Positions 9,989 to 18,835 of a DNA stretch of 64,000 nt are shown piece by piece. Position numbers and translations under genes: made by a program. The stretch is from an uncultured Candidatus Rokubacteria bacterium (GTDB lineage: Bacteria > Methylomirabilota > Methylomirabilia > Rokubacteriales > DASRDR01): positions 96,001 through 160,000 of the forward strand of contig CAVPSB010000031.1 of assembly GCA_963708025.1 (NCBI GenBank), written 5' to 3'. The first letter of the stretch is position 1. Each line of letters begins with the position of its first letter. The notes beneath the pieces are model-generated. The model ran no database searches. It was not told where the DNA came from and was given only the letters and a program-made list of their open reading frames with translations.

Positions 9989-11139
9989 CCCGGGCGCCGG
10001 CGGTGCTCGTCCTCGCCACCGCGCTGGTCGCCGCGGCGGCGGGCTGCGAGAGCCGGCGCGGCAACTTCTCGCAGAACCCGGGGTTCGCCGCCTACTTCGC
10101 CTCGCATCCGCCGGCCGGCGAGGCGGCGTCGCCGGCCGACCGGGCCCTGCTCCAGCGCTACCGGCCGCGCCTCTGGCTGCCCGCCGGCCACCCGGGCCCC
10201 GTCGACTTCTACGCCGACTACGTGGCCGCCGGCCGGCTGATCGACGGCGCCGGCCGGCCGGCCGCGACACCGGTCACCCGGGCGATCCTCAACGCCCACG
10301 CTCGCGACCCGGGGGCGGTCTTCGTCCACGCGCCGGGATCCTGGCCACCGACGGGGACGGTGTACGGCCGGGTGGATCGCGCGCCGGTGAGCCTTCCGGG
10401 CGATGCCGGCGCGGTCGACGAGCCCTTCACGTTTCTGACCTACCACGTGGTCTTCCGGGTCTCGGGCCTGCCCGCGGCCCTCCCGGCCTGGCAGAGAGCG
10501 CTGCTCCGGGTGGTCGGCTCGCCCGAGGACTGGCACCAGCTCGACCACTACACGGCGGTGACGATCATCCTGGACGGCGAGCTCCGGCCGGTGGCGGTGA
10601 TGCTCCAGGAGCACAACAACCTGCGTACTCATCTCCTCGGCGCCGAGGTGCCGTGGCCGGCCGACGGCCGGGTCCCGATCGACGTGGCGATCCGCTCCAA
10701 CGAGCTGTACCCGCACCGGCCGGGTCGGACCCGGCGGCGGGCGGTGTCCCGGCCCGATCCGGCCGGGATCCGCTACCTGATGACCGGCGAGCGGCCGCCG
10801 TTCGTCTCGGCCGACGACGTGACGGAGCCGGTGGCCGAGGTCGAGTACGCGCTGGCCTTCCTGCCGCCCGACGACGCCTTCTACACCTTCCAGGGCTACC
10901 TCGGCGAGCGGCGGTGGCTTCCCGGCCGCTCGGGGCCGCCCGGAGCCGACTTCAACACGCTCCCGGCGCTCAAGCCGCGGGGCGTGCAGATGCTCGCCTT
11001 CTACTGGCGGGACGGTGACCCGGACGACCTGGCGCGCTTCGACGCGAGCCTGGCGAGCCCGGAGCCGCTGGCCGCCTTCGCCCGCGCCCAGGCGCCCGTC
11101 TTCTACCGCCGCTGGCGATCGGCGAGGCCGGCTGGATGA
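9985..11139 (+). CDS. Hypothetical lipoprotein
   Basis: Hydrophobic leader ending AAGC (lipobox-like); translationally coupled on both sides. Confidence 0.7.
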   Translation: MTRAPAVLVLATALVAAAAGCESRRGNFSQNPGFAAYFASHPPAGEAASPADRALLQRYRPRLWLPAGHPGPVDFYADYVAAGRLIDGAGRPAATPVTRAILNAHARDPGAVFVHAPGSWPPTGTVYGRVDRAPVSLPGDAGAVDEPFTFLTYHVVFRVSGLPAALPAWQRALLRVVGSPEDWHQLDHYTAVTIILDGELRPVAVMLQEHNNLRTHLLGAEVPWPADGRVPIDVAIRSNELYPHRPGRTRRRAVSRPDPAGIRYLMTGERPPFVSADDVTEPVAEVEYALAFLPPDDAFYTFQGYLGERRWLPGRSGPPGADFNTLPALKPRGVQMLAFYWRDGDPDDLARFDASLASPEPLAAFARAQAPVFYRRWRSARPAG

Positions 11140-11975
11140 CGGGCATCCTGCTCGGCGCCCTCCTCGCGGCGTCGGGCTGGACCGTCACGCCCGCCGAGCT
11201 CCAGGCGCGGCCGGCGGGTGCGGTGACGATCCTCGACGCGCGGGGGTTCCTCGATCACTGGCGCGGCCACGTCCCGGGTGCCGTGTGGATCACCTGGTGG
11301 TGGTACCGGGACGGCTGGCTCCGCACCGGGCGGCTGCCGCGCGACCTCGACCGGCTGGCCCGGCAGATGGCGGATCTCGGCGTGGACGCGGAGCGCCCCG
11401 TCGTGGTGTACGGGCGGGCGCGCGAGGGCTGGGGTGAGGAGGGCCGGATCGTCTGGATGCTGCGCTATCTCGGCCACCCCGACGTCGCCCTGCTCGACGG
11501 CGGCTGGCCCGCGTGGCGGGAGGCCGGCGGCGCGGTGGCCCGCGGGCTCGCGGGGCGGCCCCGCCCGGGTCGGCTCGTCGCGAGGCTGCGGCCCGAGCTG
11601 CGGGCCAGCGCCGACGACGTGGCGGCGGCGGCCGGCGCGGGCACCGCGCTCCTCGACGTGCGGTCCGACTCGGAGTGGAACGGCGCCACGCCCTACTTCG
11701 AGGCGCGAGGCGGCCACGTGCCAGGCGCCGTACATCTGCCGTGGACCGCGCTCCTGGACGCCGAGGGCCGGGTCGACCGGTCGGGGCGGGCGCTGGCGCG
11801 GCTCGGGCGGCTCGGCGTGACGCCCGACCGTCCGGTCATCGTCTACTGCACGGGCGGCGTCCGGTCGGCGGAGGCGCTCGTCGCGCTCGCGGCGCTCGGC
11901 TTCCGCGACGTCCGGAGCTACGACGGCTCGTGGTTCGAGTGGGCGGCCGACCGGAGTCGCCCGGTCGCGCAATGA
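11136..11975 (+). CDS. Tandem-domain rhodanese/sulfurtransferase
   Basis: GHVPGAV twice, LDGGWPAW, active-site YCTGGVRS, YDGSWFEW. Confidence 0.9.
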   Translation: MTGILLGALLAASGWTVTPAELQARPAGAVTILDARGFLDHWRGHVPGAVWITWWWYRDGWLRTGRLPRDLDRLARQMADLGVDAERPVVVYGRAREGWGEEGRIVWMLRYLGHPDVALLDGGWPAWREAGGAVARGLAGRPRPGRLVARLRPELRASADDVAAAAGAGTALLDVRSDSEWNGATPYFEARGGHVPGAVHLPWTALLDAEGRVDRSGRALARLGRLGVTPDRPVIVYCTGGVRSAEALVALAALGFRDVRSYDGSWFEWAADRSRPVAQ

Positions 11976-12682
11976 TGTGCGGGCTCCGGTCGTGCGCGGC
12001 GGTGGGTCTGGCGGCGCTGCTGACCGCGTGCGCGGCGGCGCCGCCGGATCGGCGGGCCGCCGGGACGGCCGGCGAGCGGATTCTGTTCGCCGCCGAGACC
12101 GCGATCCAGGACGAGTGGCAGCCGGTGGCGCTCCGGGGGGAGACGGAGTACCGGCTCGCCGTGCTGGACGGCCGGCTCGCCATCCGGGCCGTCGGACGCC
12201 AGTCGGCGTCGGGCCTCCTGCGTCCCGTGCAGGTCGATCCGTCTCGCTGCCCGGTTCTCGAGTGGACGTGGCGCGTCGAGCGCCTGCAGCCCGACGCGGA
12301 CCTCCGCGTCAAGGAGCGGGACGACGTCGCGGCGTCGCTCTTTCTCTTCTTCGGCGACCCGGGGCTCCTGATCAACCCCAACCGGGTGCCGACCCTGCGT
12401 TACGTGTGGACGAGCGCCCGGATCCCGGTCGGCGCCGTCGTCGACAGCCCGTACGCGCCGGGCACCGTGCGGAGCCTGGTGGTGGAGAGCGGCGAGAGCC
12501 GGCTCGGGCGCTGGGTCACCGAGCGGCGCCGGGTCGCCGACGACTTCGAGCAGGCCTTCGGGCGGCGACCGACCGCGCCTGTCCAGGCCATCGCCCTCTT
12601 CACGGACAACGACCAGACCGGTCAGCCCGTCGAGTCGTACTACGCGGGGCCCGCGCCCTCTGCGAGTAAGTGTCGCCGATAA
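11972..12682 (+). CDS. DUF3047-like lipoprotein (true end may be 12669 via a terminal frameshift)
   Basis: LLTAC lipobox; LEWTWRV..KERDDVAA..LRYVW..VVESG..IALFTDNDQTG pattern. Confidence 0.8.
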   Translation: MMCGLRSCAAVGLAALLTACAAAPPDRRAAGTAGERILFAAETAIQDEWQPVALRGETEYRLAVLDGRLAIRAVGRQSASGLLRPVQVDPSRCPVLEWTWRVERLQPDADLRVKERDDVAASLFLFFGDPGLLINPNRVPTLRYVWTSARIPVGAVVDSPYAPGTVRSLVVESGESRLGRWVTERRRVADDFEQAFGRRPTAPVQAIALFTDNDQTGQPVESYYAGPAPSASKCRR

Positions 12683-12816
12683 CCGGTCGCCTTTCTGATT
12701 GAAAGAGCAATCGCGATACAATGGCGGTGCGCCTGTTGCGATCTCCCTGGTGGAAGTATGGTTCGGCCACCGAGGATGCTGGGAGCGCAGTGCACGGCCT
12801 TTGAAAGGAGGCGGTC

Positions 12817-13113
12817 ATGGCGGAAGGAATCGCCCACGGCGAGCCGCCGACGTTCTATGCAAACGTCGTAACTGCGTCGGTCGACCCCGACGTGGTATAC
12901 CTCGAGCTGAGGCGCTACATCACGCCGCACCGAGACATGTACCGGATGACGCAGCCGGCGGGGGAAGTCCCAGCGATCTCCGGCGAAGCAGTCTACGCCA
13001 TAGATCCGGTCGCGCGCGTGGTGCTCACATACACTGCCGCGAGGTTGCTGCAGCAGAACCTGAACGACCTGATTCCGAAGATGGTATCGGCTCGCAGGGG
13101 ATCCGAACAATGA
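12817..13113 (+). CDS. Hypothetical protein (DUF3467-like) in a lower-GC cassette
   Basis: GGAGG RBS; FYAN...PVARVVL pattern. Confidence 0.6.
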   Translation: MAEGIAHGEPPTFYANVVTASVDPDVVYLELRRYITPHRDMYRMTQPAGEVPAISGEAVYAIDPVARVVLTYTAARLLQQNLNDLIPKMVSARRGSEQ

Positions 13114-13575
13114 GGATCGGGCCTCCGCAGACCATCTTCCTTCACCATCATCCCTTGACTCGGGTGGTCGATTTCGCAGGCGCGCCTCCAGAGTTCCTTC
13201 GGTCGAAGCCCGCCGGGATTCCGCCGGTGTTGCCTTTCGAGCTTTTCATCGGACGAGCTACGCCCAGAGTGTCCGCGATACTCGGCAGAACGCCGCTGAA
13301 GTCGCTCCCGTGGCGTACGCGCTGACTCGAGGATCGGGAATACGGGCGGTGGAAAGCGTCGAGCCCGAGAATGGAGCTGGCGAAAGGCAAACGAAGAACG
13401 ACTGCGGCGTGATTTCTTGGGGTTGTGGATTGCCCTAGAAGGCGAGGAGATCGTCGCAAGTGGACCGAATCCCGTGGATGTTGTCCGGCTGGCTCGACAG
13501 CGCGGCATACGTTCTCCGTATGTATTCCGGGTAGAGGCGGCGGCAGAGCCGAGAACCTCCTTTCTGGGTCTTTGA
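13110..13575 (+). CDS. DUF5678-like protein (frameshift or unannotated start near 13300-13330)
   Basis: Frame missing from the ORF track, 13300-13575: REWSWRKANEERLRRDFLGLWIALEGEEIVASGPNPVDVVRLARQRGIRSPYVFRV...FLGL*; upstream ORF starts at ATG 13110 overlapping the previous stop. Confidence 0.6.
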
Positions 13576-13581
13576 GAACCG

Positions 13582-14016
13582 ATGGTCTTGGTCAACTACG
13601 CTCGTACGTTTGACTATCGATACTATGGCGGGCAGTCCTTTCCCATTCTGACCATCCAGCTGAAAAACCCGGATGATGAAGGACTTGCCGTCGAGCAGGA
13701 TGCTTTCCTCGACTCCGGGGCGTCCCGATCTCTCTTCTACGGGCATCTACCGGCGATGCTCGGGCTGGAGTTGCTCGGCGGAGAGCCATGGCACTTTCAG
13801 ACGAATGCAGGCGAGGTGGTAGAGGCGCGAATTCACACAGTTCAAATCATCCTTGCCGAAGCGGAAGGCGAACCGACTCCCCATCCGTTCACTCTTCCGT
13901 TGGCCTTTGCCACCGGGACCATCAGCAGGAATCTTCTCGGCCGAGACTTCTTTGATCGAGTTCAAATCGGTTTCCGGGAACATCACTCGCAGTTCTTCCT
14001 GGAGCCGACACCGTAG
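13582..14016 (+). CDS. Retropepsin-like (clan AA) aspartyl protease
   Basis: AFLDSGAS catalytic motif and NLLGRDFF. Confidence 0.85.
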   Translation: MVLVNYARTFDYRYYGGQSFPILTIQLKNPDDEGLAVEQDAFLDSGASRSLFYGHLPAMLGLELLGGEPWHFQTNAGEVVEARIHTVQIILAEAEGEPTPHPFTLPLAFATGTISRNLLGRDFFDRVQIGFREHHSQFFLEPTP

Positions 14017-14090
14017 AAGGGGAGGTGACCCGCGGACGCCTGGACGGCGGGCGCGTATCGCATGCAGGGCGAGGTGAGCCATGCGAAGCC

Positions 14091-14157
14091 TCCGAGCGCC
14101 GGCTTCGCCGGCGCAACGGCGGGGGGGCATCGGGGGGGTGTTCCGACACCCCCCCGA
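14091..14157. repeat. REP-like double-hairpin element, copy A
   Basis: tccga-gcgccggc-ttc-gccggcgc-aac followed by tcgggggggtgt-tccg-acacccccccga. Confidence 0.65.
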
Positions 14158-14162
14158 AGGTT

Positions 14163-15008
14163 TTAGGGCTGGTTCAGGTTCCAGTCGTAGTCGTGATCGA
14201 GCCCGCCGTCGTAGTCCTGGAGCTGCTTGGCCAGATCGCCCTTCGCGAACTGCTTGAGGTGCTGGAGCACGCCGCCGGTGCTCCCTCCGAAGTCCTCCTG
14301 GAACCAGACGTAGATGCTGGAGACCTTCAGCTTGTTGAACTTCAAGCTGGCCCCCCGCGGATGATTGACGTAGTCGGCGGCGTACTGCATCAGCAGGCGC
14401 TCGGTGTTCTGCCCGGTGTAGGCGGCAGGGGAGAGGTTCGGGCAGCCGAGGCTCGCGCAGTTGACCGCGTAGTGGATCTTCGGGTCCTTCCAGATCGGCC
14501 GGAGGACCCGGTGCTCGATGTCGTTGAGCGAGAGCTTCTCACCCTCCACCGTCACGACCTTCCCGTCCCAGGGTCCGATGGTGAACAACCCGGGCGGGAT
14601 CTTGACCTTCCGGATGGAGGCGACCGGGAAGTGGTCCAGGATGACCTTCACGGTCTCCGTGTTGTAGAGGTTGATCCAGTACGCCTTCTGCTCGTTCCGG
14701 TTGTAGCCCGAGATGGGGACCGCCTGCAGGCGCCCCAGGTAGTCCTCGAGGCTCTTCCGGTCCTCGGGGCTGACCGTCTTGTAGTTCACCCGGTTGATGC
14801 CCGAGGGGTTCTTGGCGTCGACGTACTTGGCGAGGAAGGCGTCCCACGCCGCGTGGTCGATCGTGCGGGTGTCGGCGGGATTGTGCTTCTCCCACCGGGG
14901 CCACAGGTCGCTCTTGGGCGGGCCGAAGAGCTGGGCATTCGCCACCCCGAGCCACCCGAGGGTCACGCCCGCCGCGAACAGTGTCACTTTCCAGACGGTG
15001 CTGGCCAT
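14163..15008 (-). CDS. DUF547 domain secreted protein
   Basis: Signal peptide; AYWINLYN, SLNDIEH, IHYAVNCASLGCP, SSIYVWFQEDF, YDWNLN. Confidence 0.9.
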   Translation of the reverse strand: MASTVWKVTLFAAGVTLGWLGVANAQLFGPPKSDLWPRWEKHNPADTRTIDHAAWDAFLAKYVDAKNPSGINRVNYKTVSPEDRKSLEDYLGRLQAVPISGYNRNEQKAYWINLYNTETVKVILDHFPVASIRKVKIPPGLFTIGPWDGKVVTVEGEKLSLNDIEHRVLRPIWKDPKIHYAVNCASLGCPNLSPAAYTGQNTERLLMQYAADYVNHPRGASLKFNKLKVSSIYVWFQEDFGGSTGGVLQHLKQFAKGDLAKQLQDYDGGLDHDYDWNLNQP

Positions 15009-15027
15009 GTCGATTTCTCCTTCGTCT

Positions 15028-15498
15028 CTACGTTTCTACGATCGATCCCGGCCCGTTGGGTGCCAGGCCGGACGCGCGTCGGTACAGGAGCCATGAAAGC
15101 CCGGCGAGCGCCAGGTCCTCGAGCGGGGAGAACCAGCGGAGCGGCCGCGCCAGGAAGATCCCGAAGCAGCCGCAGTTCTTGAGGTCGAGCCCGCGCGCTA
15201 GCGTGAGGGAGAGCAGGACGGCGTACCCCAGGTTCACGGCGATCGCCGCCAGCGCCGCCGTCGCGGGACGCCAGCCCGAGAGGAGCCACACCCCGAGGAC
15301 CAGCTCGCTGGCCGTGACGGCGACCGCGACCGGGTAGAGAAACACGGGCGTGAGGAGTCCGTAGCTCTCCATCACGCGGACGAAGCCGTGGAGATCGAGG
15401 GCCTTGCCGATCCCAGTCCCCAGGATCAGGATGCCGAGCACGATCCGGAGCACCAGCCGCCCCCGGCCCCTCGACGCCGGCGACCTTGCCGGGGTCAT
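15028..15498 (-). CDS. MauE/DoxX-family membrane protein
   Basis: Four hydrophobic segments and a CGCFG motif. Confidence 0.8.
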   Translation of the reverse strand: MTPARSPASRGRGRLVLRIVLGILILGTGIGKALDLHGFVRVMESYGLLTPVFLYPVAVAVTASELVLGVWLLSGWRPATAALAAIAVNLGYAVLLSLTLARGLDLKNCGCFGIFLARPLRWFSPLEDLALAGLSWLLYRRASGLAPNGPGSIVET

Positions 15499-16247
15499 CG
15501 ACGCGTCCGCTCCGTCCCCCCCACGCTCCCGGGGATCGCCGCCGGGTCGGCGGGCGGCCGCGCCGGCCCGTAGTACCAGCGATGGAGCCGCGCCGGGGAC
15601 GCCCCGCAAGCGTAGAGGAGCCGGAGCGCCCACATGAGCAGGATCGTGCGGACGACGCCGTCCCGCTCCCACTTCCGGGCGGCGGTCGTCACCCGGAGCC
15701 GGAGCGCCGCCCGGCGTCCCGCGCGCTTGAGGCGGCGCGTCAGCTCGACGTCCTCCATCAAGGGGATCTCGGCGTAGCCGCCGAGCGCCTCGAACACCGC
15801 CCGGCGGACGAAGATCGCCTGGTCCCCGGTCGAGATCCCGCTCAGGCGGGACCGGAGATTCATCAGGGCCGCGATCATGCGGAAGGCCGGCCCCGGGTTG
15901 TCGAACCGGACGTCGAACCGCCCGGCGACCACCCGCGGGTCACCGAGCGCGTCCAGGATCGCGGCCCGGGCTCCCGGGGGAAGGCGCGTGTCCGCGTGGA
16001 GGAAGAGGAGGATCTCGCCCGTCGCCGCCCGGGCGCCCGTGTTCAGCTGGCGGGCCCGGCCTCGCGCGCTGTCGAGGAGGGTGACGTGCGGGAACCCGCG
16101 CACCGCCTCCCGGCTCCCGTCGTCGCTGCCGCCGTCGGCGACGATGATCTCGTCCTGGCCGAAGTCGGCGCCCAGGCTGGCCAGCAGGGGCTCGAGGTTG
16201 CGGGCCTCCCGCCAGGTGGGGATGACGATGGACAGCCGGGGCGTCAC
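15495..16247 (-). CDS. Family 2 glycosyltransferase, TIGR04283-like
   Basis: SIVIPT, ADGGSDDG, GRARQLN.GA, FLHADT, GDQAIFVRR, LMEDV, ARKW. Confidence 0.88.
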   Translation of the reverse strand: MTPRLSIVIPTWREARNLEPLLASLGADFGQDEIIVADGGSDDGSREAVRGFPHVTLLDSARGRARQLNTGARAATGEILLFLHADTRLPPGARAAILDALGDPRVVAGRFDVRFDNPGPAFRMIAALMNLRSRLSGISTGDQAIFVRRAVFEALGGYAEIPLMEDVELTRRLKRAGRRAALRLRVTTAARKWERDGVVRTILLMWALRLLYACGASPARLHRWYYGPARPPADPAAIPGSVGGTERTRR

Positions 16248-16275
16248 GGTTCGGGACCTCCCTCCCGCCCCCCAG

Positions 16276-16307
16276 CCCCCCTCCCCCACCCACTGGGGGG
16301 AGGGGGG
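16276..16307. repeat. GC-rich intergenic palindrome (ccctccccc...gggggaggg type); related sequence at 20531-20554
   Basis: cccccctccccc-acccact-ggggggagggggg inverted repeat. Confidence 0.55.
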
Positions 16308-16337
16308 TGTCGGGCACGATGCGCCGTCACGTGGCCC

Positions 16338-17129
16338 TCACCAGGTCCGCAGGAGCTCGCCGGCCACCCGGCTCCGGCGGTGGAGCCAGCGAGGCAGGAG
16401 CGAGACGAGGACGATCAGGACGCCGGCCACGCCGAGGTACGCGAGGGTCCGCCGGGGATTGCCGCCGCCCTCGCCCAGGGCGCCGCCGGCGAGCGCGAAG
16501 GCCGCGGTGCCGGGCAGCATGCAGAGCCAGGACAGGCCGACGAACGTCCAGAAGGGGATGCGGGTCAGGCCGTAGGCGAAGTTCTGGAGGTTGAACGGGA
16601 AGAGCGGCACCAGCCGGGTGATCATCAGGATGCGCCAGCCGTGCTCGGCGACGGCCGCGTCGATCCGGGCCAGCCGGGGGTTCGCCCGCACCCAGCCCTC
16701 CACCAGCCCGCGCGCCGCGTAGCGAGCGGCCAGGAAGGCGAGCGCGGCGCCGAGGGTCGCGCCGATCGAGACGACGATCGTGCCCCGGACCGGCCCGAAG
16801 ACCAGGCCCCCGAGCAGAGTCAGCGGCAGGGCCGGCACGAAGGCCAGCTCGGCGAGCGCGTAGCCCACGATGAACAGGACGGGGGCCCACGCGCCGTAGC
16901 CATCGACCCATGACTTCAGGCGGGCGAGGGTGTCCGCCTGGAAGAGCTGCTGGACCCCCAGGCTCCGGGCGAGGAGCGCGCCGGCGGCGACCACGATCAC
17001 CAGCAACAGGATCCGCCCCCACGGCGCCCGCTGCCGCAGGGGCGCCGCCGGCTCGGCAGCCCCGCGGGAGGGGTTCTCAGCCGGAGACGGCGCGCCGGCC
17101 CATCGCCCTACCGGGTCCAGGCCAGCCAC
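16338..17129 (-). CDS. TVP38/TMEM64 (VTT, DedA-like) membrane protein; start uncertain
   Basis: GATLGA.LAFL.ARY, RLVPLFPFNLQNFAYGLT, MLPGT. Confidence 0.88.
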   Translation of the reverse strand: MAGLDPVGRWAGAPSPAENPSRGAAEPAAPLRQRAPWGRILLLVIVVAAGALLARSLGVQQLFQADTLARLKSWVDGYGAWAPVLFIVGYALAELAFVPALPLTLLGGLVFGPVRGTIVVSIGATLGAALAFLAARYAARGLVEGWVRANPRLARIDAAVAEHGWRILMITRLVPLFPFNLQNFAYGLTRIPFWTFVGLSWLCMLPGTAAFALAGGALGEGGGNPRRTLAYLGVAGVLIVLVSLLPRWLHRRSRVAGELLRTW

Positions 17130-18634
17130 TTCCGGAAGAGGTTCTTGACCGTCGGTGTCAGCCGGGTCCGGTTGTAAGCGTCGCCGAGCTTCCGGATGGC
17201 TTCCGCCTGGGTCGGGTAGCTGTGGATCACGCTGGCGATCTTCCCGAGCCCGATCCCGTGCACGAGGGCGAGGGTCAGCTCGGGCAGCATCTCGCCGGCG
17301 TGCCGGGCGACGATGGTCGCGCCGACGATCTTGTCCGTCCCCTCCCGGACGTGCACCTTCACGAAGCCTTCGGGCTCGCCGTCGAGGACCGCCCGGTCGA
17401 GGTCGGCGAACTCCTGGACGAAGGTCTTGACCCGGATTCCCCGCTTCTGCGCCTCGGACTCAGAGAGGCCGACGTGGGCGATCTCGGGATCGGTGTAGGT
17501 GCAGGCCGGGATCGTGAGCGCGCTGGCCCGGGCCCGCCCGAAGAAGAGGGCGTTCTGGATCACGATCCGCGCCTGGAAGTCCGAGTTGTGGGTGAACTTG
17601 TAGCCGGGGCAGACGTCCCCGGCGGCGAAGATGCGGGGGTTGGTCGTCCGCAGCCGGTCGTCGACCTTGATCCCCTTCGCGTCGTGCTGGACGCCGACCG
17701 TCTCCAGGCCCAGGCCCTCGACGTTGGGCGCCCGGCCGACGCCGACGAGGATCGCGTCGGCCCGCACGGTCTCGCCGGGGCCGCCCGCCTCGACGTGGAG
17801 GAGCTTCTCGCCGCCGGCGGCCTCGACGCGCTGGATCTTGCAGCCGACCAGGATGCGGATGCCGTCCCGGGCGAGCGAGGCCTGCACCATCGCCGCCGCC
17901 TCGCGGTCCTCCAGCGGCAGGATCTGGGGCATCACCTCGAGGAGCGTGACCTGGGCGCCGAAGCGCGCGAAGGCCTGGGCCAGCTCGCAGCCGATCGGGC
18001 CGGCGCCGATCACGGCGAGGCGGCGGGGCAGCTCGGTCAGCCGGAAGACCGTCTCGTTCGTCAGGAAGCCCGCCTCGGCCAGCCCGGCGATGGGCAGGGC
18101 GGCGGCCCGGGCGCCGGTGGCGATCACCGCCTTCTTGAAGGTGAGGCGGGTGCCGTTCACCTCGACCTCGTCCGCGCTGACGAAGCGCCCGGCGCCCATG
18201 AAGACGTCAACGCCGAGGTCGCGGAACCGCCCCGCGGAGTCGGTCTTGCTGATCTTCGCCCGCAGCCGCCGCATCCGCTCCATGACGGCCGGGAAGTTGA
18301 CGCGCGCCCCGGGCGGCACCTCCACGCCGAACTCGCCGGCGTCCCGGACGTCGGCGTAGGCCCGGGCGGCCCGCAGCAGGGCCTTGGACGGGACGCAGCC
18401 GACGTTGAGGCAGTCGCCCCCCATCAGCTCCCGCTCGATGAGCGCGACCTTCGCCCCCAGCCCGGTGGCCCCCGCCGCGGTGACCAGCCCGGCGGTGCCG
18501 GCGCCGATCACCACCAGGTTGTAGCGGCCCGCCGGCTTGGGGTTGACCCACTCAGGCGGGTGGACGTTCTGGACGAGCCCCTGGTTGTGGCTGTCCCAGG
18601 GCTCGATCACGATCGACTCGGTGGCCTTCTCCAT
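17108..18634 (-). CDS. Mercuric-reductase-like FAD-dependent pyridine nucleotide-disulfide oxidoreductase
   Basis: GAGTAG, GGDCLNVGCVPSK redox disulfide, GAGPIGCE, IHSYPT; lacks the MerA C-terminal Cys-Cys. Confidence 0.9.
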   Translation of the reverse strand: MEKATESIVIEPWDSHNQGLVQNVHPPEWVNPKPAGRYNLVVIGAGTAGLVTAAGATGLGAKVALIERELMGGDCLNVGCVPSKALLRAARAYADVRDAGEFGVEVPPGARVNFPAVMERMRRLRAKISKTDSAGRFRDLGVDVFMGAGRFVSADEVEVNGTRLTFKKAVIATGARAAALPIAGLAEAGFLTNETVFRLTELPRRLAVIGAGPIGCELAQAFARFGAQVTLLEVMPQILPLEDREAAAMVQASLARDGIRILVGCKIQRVEAAGGEKLLHVEAGGPGETVRADAILVGVGRAPNVEGLGLETVGVQHDAKGIKVDDRLRTTNPRIFAAGDVCPGYKFTHNSDFQARIVIQNALFFGRARASALTIPACTYTDPEIAHVGLSESEAQKRGIRVKTFVQEFADLDRAVLDGEPEGFVKVHVREGTDKIVGATIVARHAGEMLPELTLALVHGIGLGKIASVIHSYPTQAEAIRKLGDAYNRTRLTPTVKNLFRKWLAWTR

Positions 18635-18749
18635 CACCTCACGCACCTCTCTGGTCGCGCCGGCTCCGCTCTTCCGATCTCAGCCCGATCCGTCGCGCGT
18701 GGGCTTCTCGCGATGCTCAGCCTGTGCTCTCGCGGTCGTGGCGTTCCAC

Positions 18750-18832
18750 TCCGAGCGGCGGCTTCGCCGCCGCAACCCCCTCCCGGGGGAGGTTCCGGAG
18801 GGGGCCCCTTACGATCAGTGGGCCCCCTCCGG
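18750..18832. repeat. REP-like double-hairpin element, copy B
   Basis: tccga-gcggcggc-ttc-gccgccgc-aac followed by ccggagggggccc...gggccccctccgg. Confidence 0.65.
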
Positions 18833-18835
18833 TCT

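Noticed and set aside
17108-18634. merA / mercury resistance operon
   Set aside because: No C-terminal Cys pair, no NmerA domain and no merR/T/P; context fits the TVP38-associated flavoprotein family
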